DNA of 64,000 bases. Origin: Convolutriloba macropyga. Its lineage: Eukaryota. Shown piece after piece: positions 60,591 through 64,000 of the stretch; position 1 is the first letter of the stretch, and the number at the start of each line of letters is the position of its first letter. The notes beneath the pieces were generated by a model. That model saw only the letters and a program-made list of their open reading frames with translations, searched no databases and was not told the DNA's origin. The translations under genes and the position numbers were made by a program. Location of the stretch: NCBI RefSeq assembly GCF_964194025.1, contig NC_134469.1, positions 84,630,001-84,694,000 on the forward strand, in the 5' to 3' direction.

Positions 60591-63349
60591 GAACAAGGAA
60601 ACAAGCAGTAATGTGCGTATGCATATGATGTTCCGATCCATCTCATCCTCGTTTTTTGACTAGTCAGGCAACATTCGTTGCAAAAGATATATTTCCGCCA
60701 GTAAATTTAATAAATTTTCTCACGACTGCACTTATAAACAACTTGTCAATTTGATATAAATCAGAAAAATTTGTAAACAAGGTAAACAAGTTGTATAAAA
60801 GCTCCTCGCATTACTAATTAAGATTAAGAAAACAAATTGCAACCTAGCTTTTGCCGATAATATGGATATTGAGAACGTTAGATTTTTTAATCATTTCAAA
60901 CTAATCAATAAAAAAATTGGAAAATGTTTTGGGCTATTTGATGCTATTGTCAATCTTGTCCTCAAAATCCTCAAAGTGTACGTTTCGAACAAAATGTTCA
61001 TTTTTCTCAAAAGTGTTATGAAAAACATACACTCGATTCTTTTTACAAAAACCAGTAGCATTAAGTGTTAATATATTGCTTCAATTCTGCTTTGCGGTGC
61101 TTCTAATTGTTGAATTACTATTTTCTTCGAAACTAAAGTAACAGATTTTACGAAAGCTGACTTGATAGTTAAACTCAAACAACAGAAATATATATATAAA
61201 GAACAGAAAAAAAATAAATTGCCTATCGTCAAAAATTTTCGTTCAGATTATTACAAACGTTCTGCTTTTCGAGAACTGAGGTCTGTTTGAAGAGAATTGA
61301 ACTTATTTCATTTGTTGTATAAGAAAAGAAAAAGTAAAAGAAGTTTAGCCAGGAGTGAACAGGGGAGGATATATAAGGCGAAAGGAATTTTGTAGCCAAT
61401 ATGCAAAAATTTCGAACCCAAGTTTGTGGACATTAGGCGAATACCAAATATAGCACTAAAAGGCGTTACTTCAAATCCCTGACGTTGTGAAGTACTTAAG
61501 GATCCCAGACAATTTTCTGTTACTTATAACCGCTTGCCAAAGCAGTCATTTTCAAAAAATGAGCATTTGCAGCTTCTAAGTTTAGTGTGATCTCTCAATT
61601 ACGCCAACATTTTTGTCCATGTTGATATTGTGAACTTTTTAACATGTGCAATGATTTTTTCCACTCTTTCTTTCCCTTTGCCTAGATCTTTTGCCCGGAT
61701 ATTACCGAGACGCGAGAAATGAATTCAAAAACAATTGAAAGTTTCCCCCTAAAGGCTAAAAAGCACTCTTACCTCTGAATGATAATACAAAGTGGGATTT
61801 TGTTCTGGGTTTTTCACAAAATTATGGTAGCCCTTAACAATCGTTTAATTACCATGGTAAGGTGTTATAAATTGGATGGCGATAAAGTTGGCAGGAACAC
61901 TATCATAGGAAAGGCTCATTTTGTTTTAGGTTGTGGCTTTCTTCACTTCTCTCTGTTTAAACCTGTACCTGGTCTGCTGTTTCTTGTTTGACTCTGATCT
62001 GCGCGAGTTGAAAAACTATCCAATATTTCTCGTGAACCTAATTGACTTTGCGCCTAATCGAGTTATTGCCTAATCTCCTACGACCCTAACGATCCAGTTT
62101 TTAGGGAAAAAAACATTTTCCGGTCAAAGTTCAACGTGGAAATTGTTTACAAATTTTGTACCTTTAGAACCATTAAAAACTGCGCATATGAAGCAGTAAT
62201 TGTTATATCTAAATGAGATTTTAAATAACTTCCGTAGCAATTCGCAAATTGTTCAAAGTTTTATGGAATTAAAATTGTCAAAAATTTGATGAAATGAATA
62301 AAAGTGGATTTAATTCGAATTTAAGGTCTGATTACGAGCAAAATTTGAGACAACTTTTTTAAAAAAGTGAAGTTTACATTGAGTTATTAAAAAGAATTTT
62401 AGTTGGAAAGTGAACTTTTGATGCCAAAGTGAACTTAAGATGAAATTTTGTGGCCAGTAGAATTATATATGGTATTGAGCAAGTTTAATTAAAAGATTTT
62501 GTTTTTGGTCATTTGGCCACACTGTGTGGGCCGTAGCGATGCCTAATCGTGCGGCGCGATAAAAACTTTTAAAATTGAACATGAGATCAAATTACACGCT
62601 TAAAATGCCTTTAATAGCAACTGCTTATTTGAATTCGGTTTGCTGAACGGCATTCACGATTTAATTATGCAGCGAAGTTTTGAAATTAAGACATACGGTA
62701 ATTTAACGTTGCTTATATTAGAAGCAGACAAAGAATAATGCTTGTTTTTGCTATTTTTGCGACTGTTTCATAGGAATAGCTTATGACTATTTTTTTGACA
62801 GCCGGAAACACAAATACATCTATCTAATCGTGTGCCCCTACCGTGCATTTATTATGACTAAAATAAGGGATCTATAAGGACCGAAAATACATATATGGGG
62901 GATGCGAATAGACTGGTCTGGTTATATAGGACGGGGGGGGGGTCAAAACAGAAAAGATCCTAAACCTTTTAAGGCATTATAAAATCAAGAACCTTGTTTT
63001 CAAGGTGGTCTGAGTAATCTTCTCGTAAAAAATCTAGAACACTACTCTATTTAAAATCCCCATACAATGATCCATCCATCTTAATGCCAACGTTTCTGAA
63101 AATTTTCGTCCTCGACAATAACTAGCTTAAAAATTCGTCGTGTTGAAAGAATTTTTGTACACAGATTTGTTAGTGCATCTGAGACTACACCTAATGATCT
63201 ACACTTAATGTGCTTTCTAACGCTACCTCTAACAACTCTCATCTCTGCGCTTATTATGTTGAGAGGTTAAACTGACTGAACAGAAAAAAACAGTTACAAA
63301 TAATTAAGCAGAGTATCCGCCCACCCACTAAAGAAACGATCGGAACAAT
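60591..63349 (-). mobile_element. Diverged family B HINE-like element
   Basis: AACAAGG..ATGTGC-GTAT-GCATAT GA TGTTCCGATC (60629) paired with GATCGGAACA (63338). Confidence 0.55.
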
Positions 63350-63740
63350 GCAATCTAAGATCAATAAGTGAGATTTTGATTTTGATTCAATATCTTATCC
63401 ATTGTTTCAAGTCAAAACATTTCAATTGAATTTCATACTTGCTCAGCTAGCTCTGCCGTTGTCAACAGTATAGCTTGTCTGCTTGACATTTTGGCTTTGT
63501 CAAATAACCCAATATGCAAAAGTAAACAAATTTGCTTTAGTAAACAAATATGTAATATGTTGGTTTAGACACATTGTGAATATCTTGAGTGTTCTGACAC
63601 TTTTTAACTCTATTTTTGGGTAAATCGGACGGTTGCCCTTTTTGCATCGGGGTAATTTGTCCGAAAACGTGCTAGATACCTTCATAAGTAGTGGCTTCTT
63701 AAATCGGATTGGGTTAACATTTAACCTGTTGTTTTTTCAG

Positions 63741-63877
63741 GCACTTCGCTGCCGGTGTTGACGAGAAGAGTCAAAGTAAAAGTAGTTGATAAAAATTCCA
63801 AGGGATTAGATTTCATGGGAGTGGAGTCTCTACAGAGCACTAAACACTACACAGCCAGTCGGCCATCACGTGAATAG
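63741..63877 (+). CDS. MANSC-domain protein, probable exon 6
   Basis: gttttttcag acceptor, frame TSLPVLTRRVKVKVVDK...SRPS; either ends at TAG 63875-63877 or splices at C|GTGAAT (63870) to exons beyond the window. Confidence 0.55.
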
Positions 63878-64000
63878 ATTGAGTGTTGTATATCGAATAA
63901 GTGATGTGTTGTGTCTAGAACTTGTAAGCAGCTTCAAGGACTCCTTCCATCTGTTTGCTTTTGTATATTGTTGTGCAGACTCTCTTTGTTGTCCTTGGAA

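Overview
AT-rich, repeat-dense eukaryotic (animal-like) genomic DNA with spliceosomal genes, all on the + strand. A tight three-gene run comprises TBCB (3 exons, 14655-19654), a RagA/B GTPase (5 exons, 20344-33475) and an intronless SEC16 (33847-37893). A signal-peptide + MANSC/MANEC-domain gene starts at 50852 and runs to near the window end. RagA intron 4 holds a decayed full-length Ty3/gypsy LTR element (28228-32675, GTCCA target-site duplication). Roughly 20 kb of the non-coding DNA resolves into three families (A, B, C) of non-autonomous elements with one shared architecture: 5' sub-terminal inverted repeat (subTIR) plus adjacent partial inverted repeat, variable cargo, matching 3' subTIR, small stem-loop and T-rich end. 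This resembles Helentron-associated HINE/DINE-1 elements. Family A carries either a tRNA-like Pol III cassette or a ~165-bp tandem array. Other oddities: the RagA catalytic switch-II Gln reads Glu, the best gene models need two GC-AG introns and a GAG acceptor, and a TTTCAG acceptor sits just before each start codon of the three-gene run (possible trans-spliced operon). All calls are from manual reading; no searches were run.
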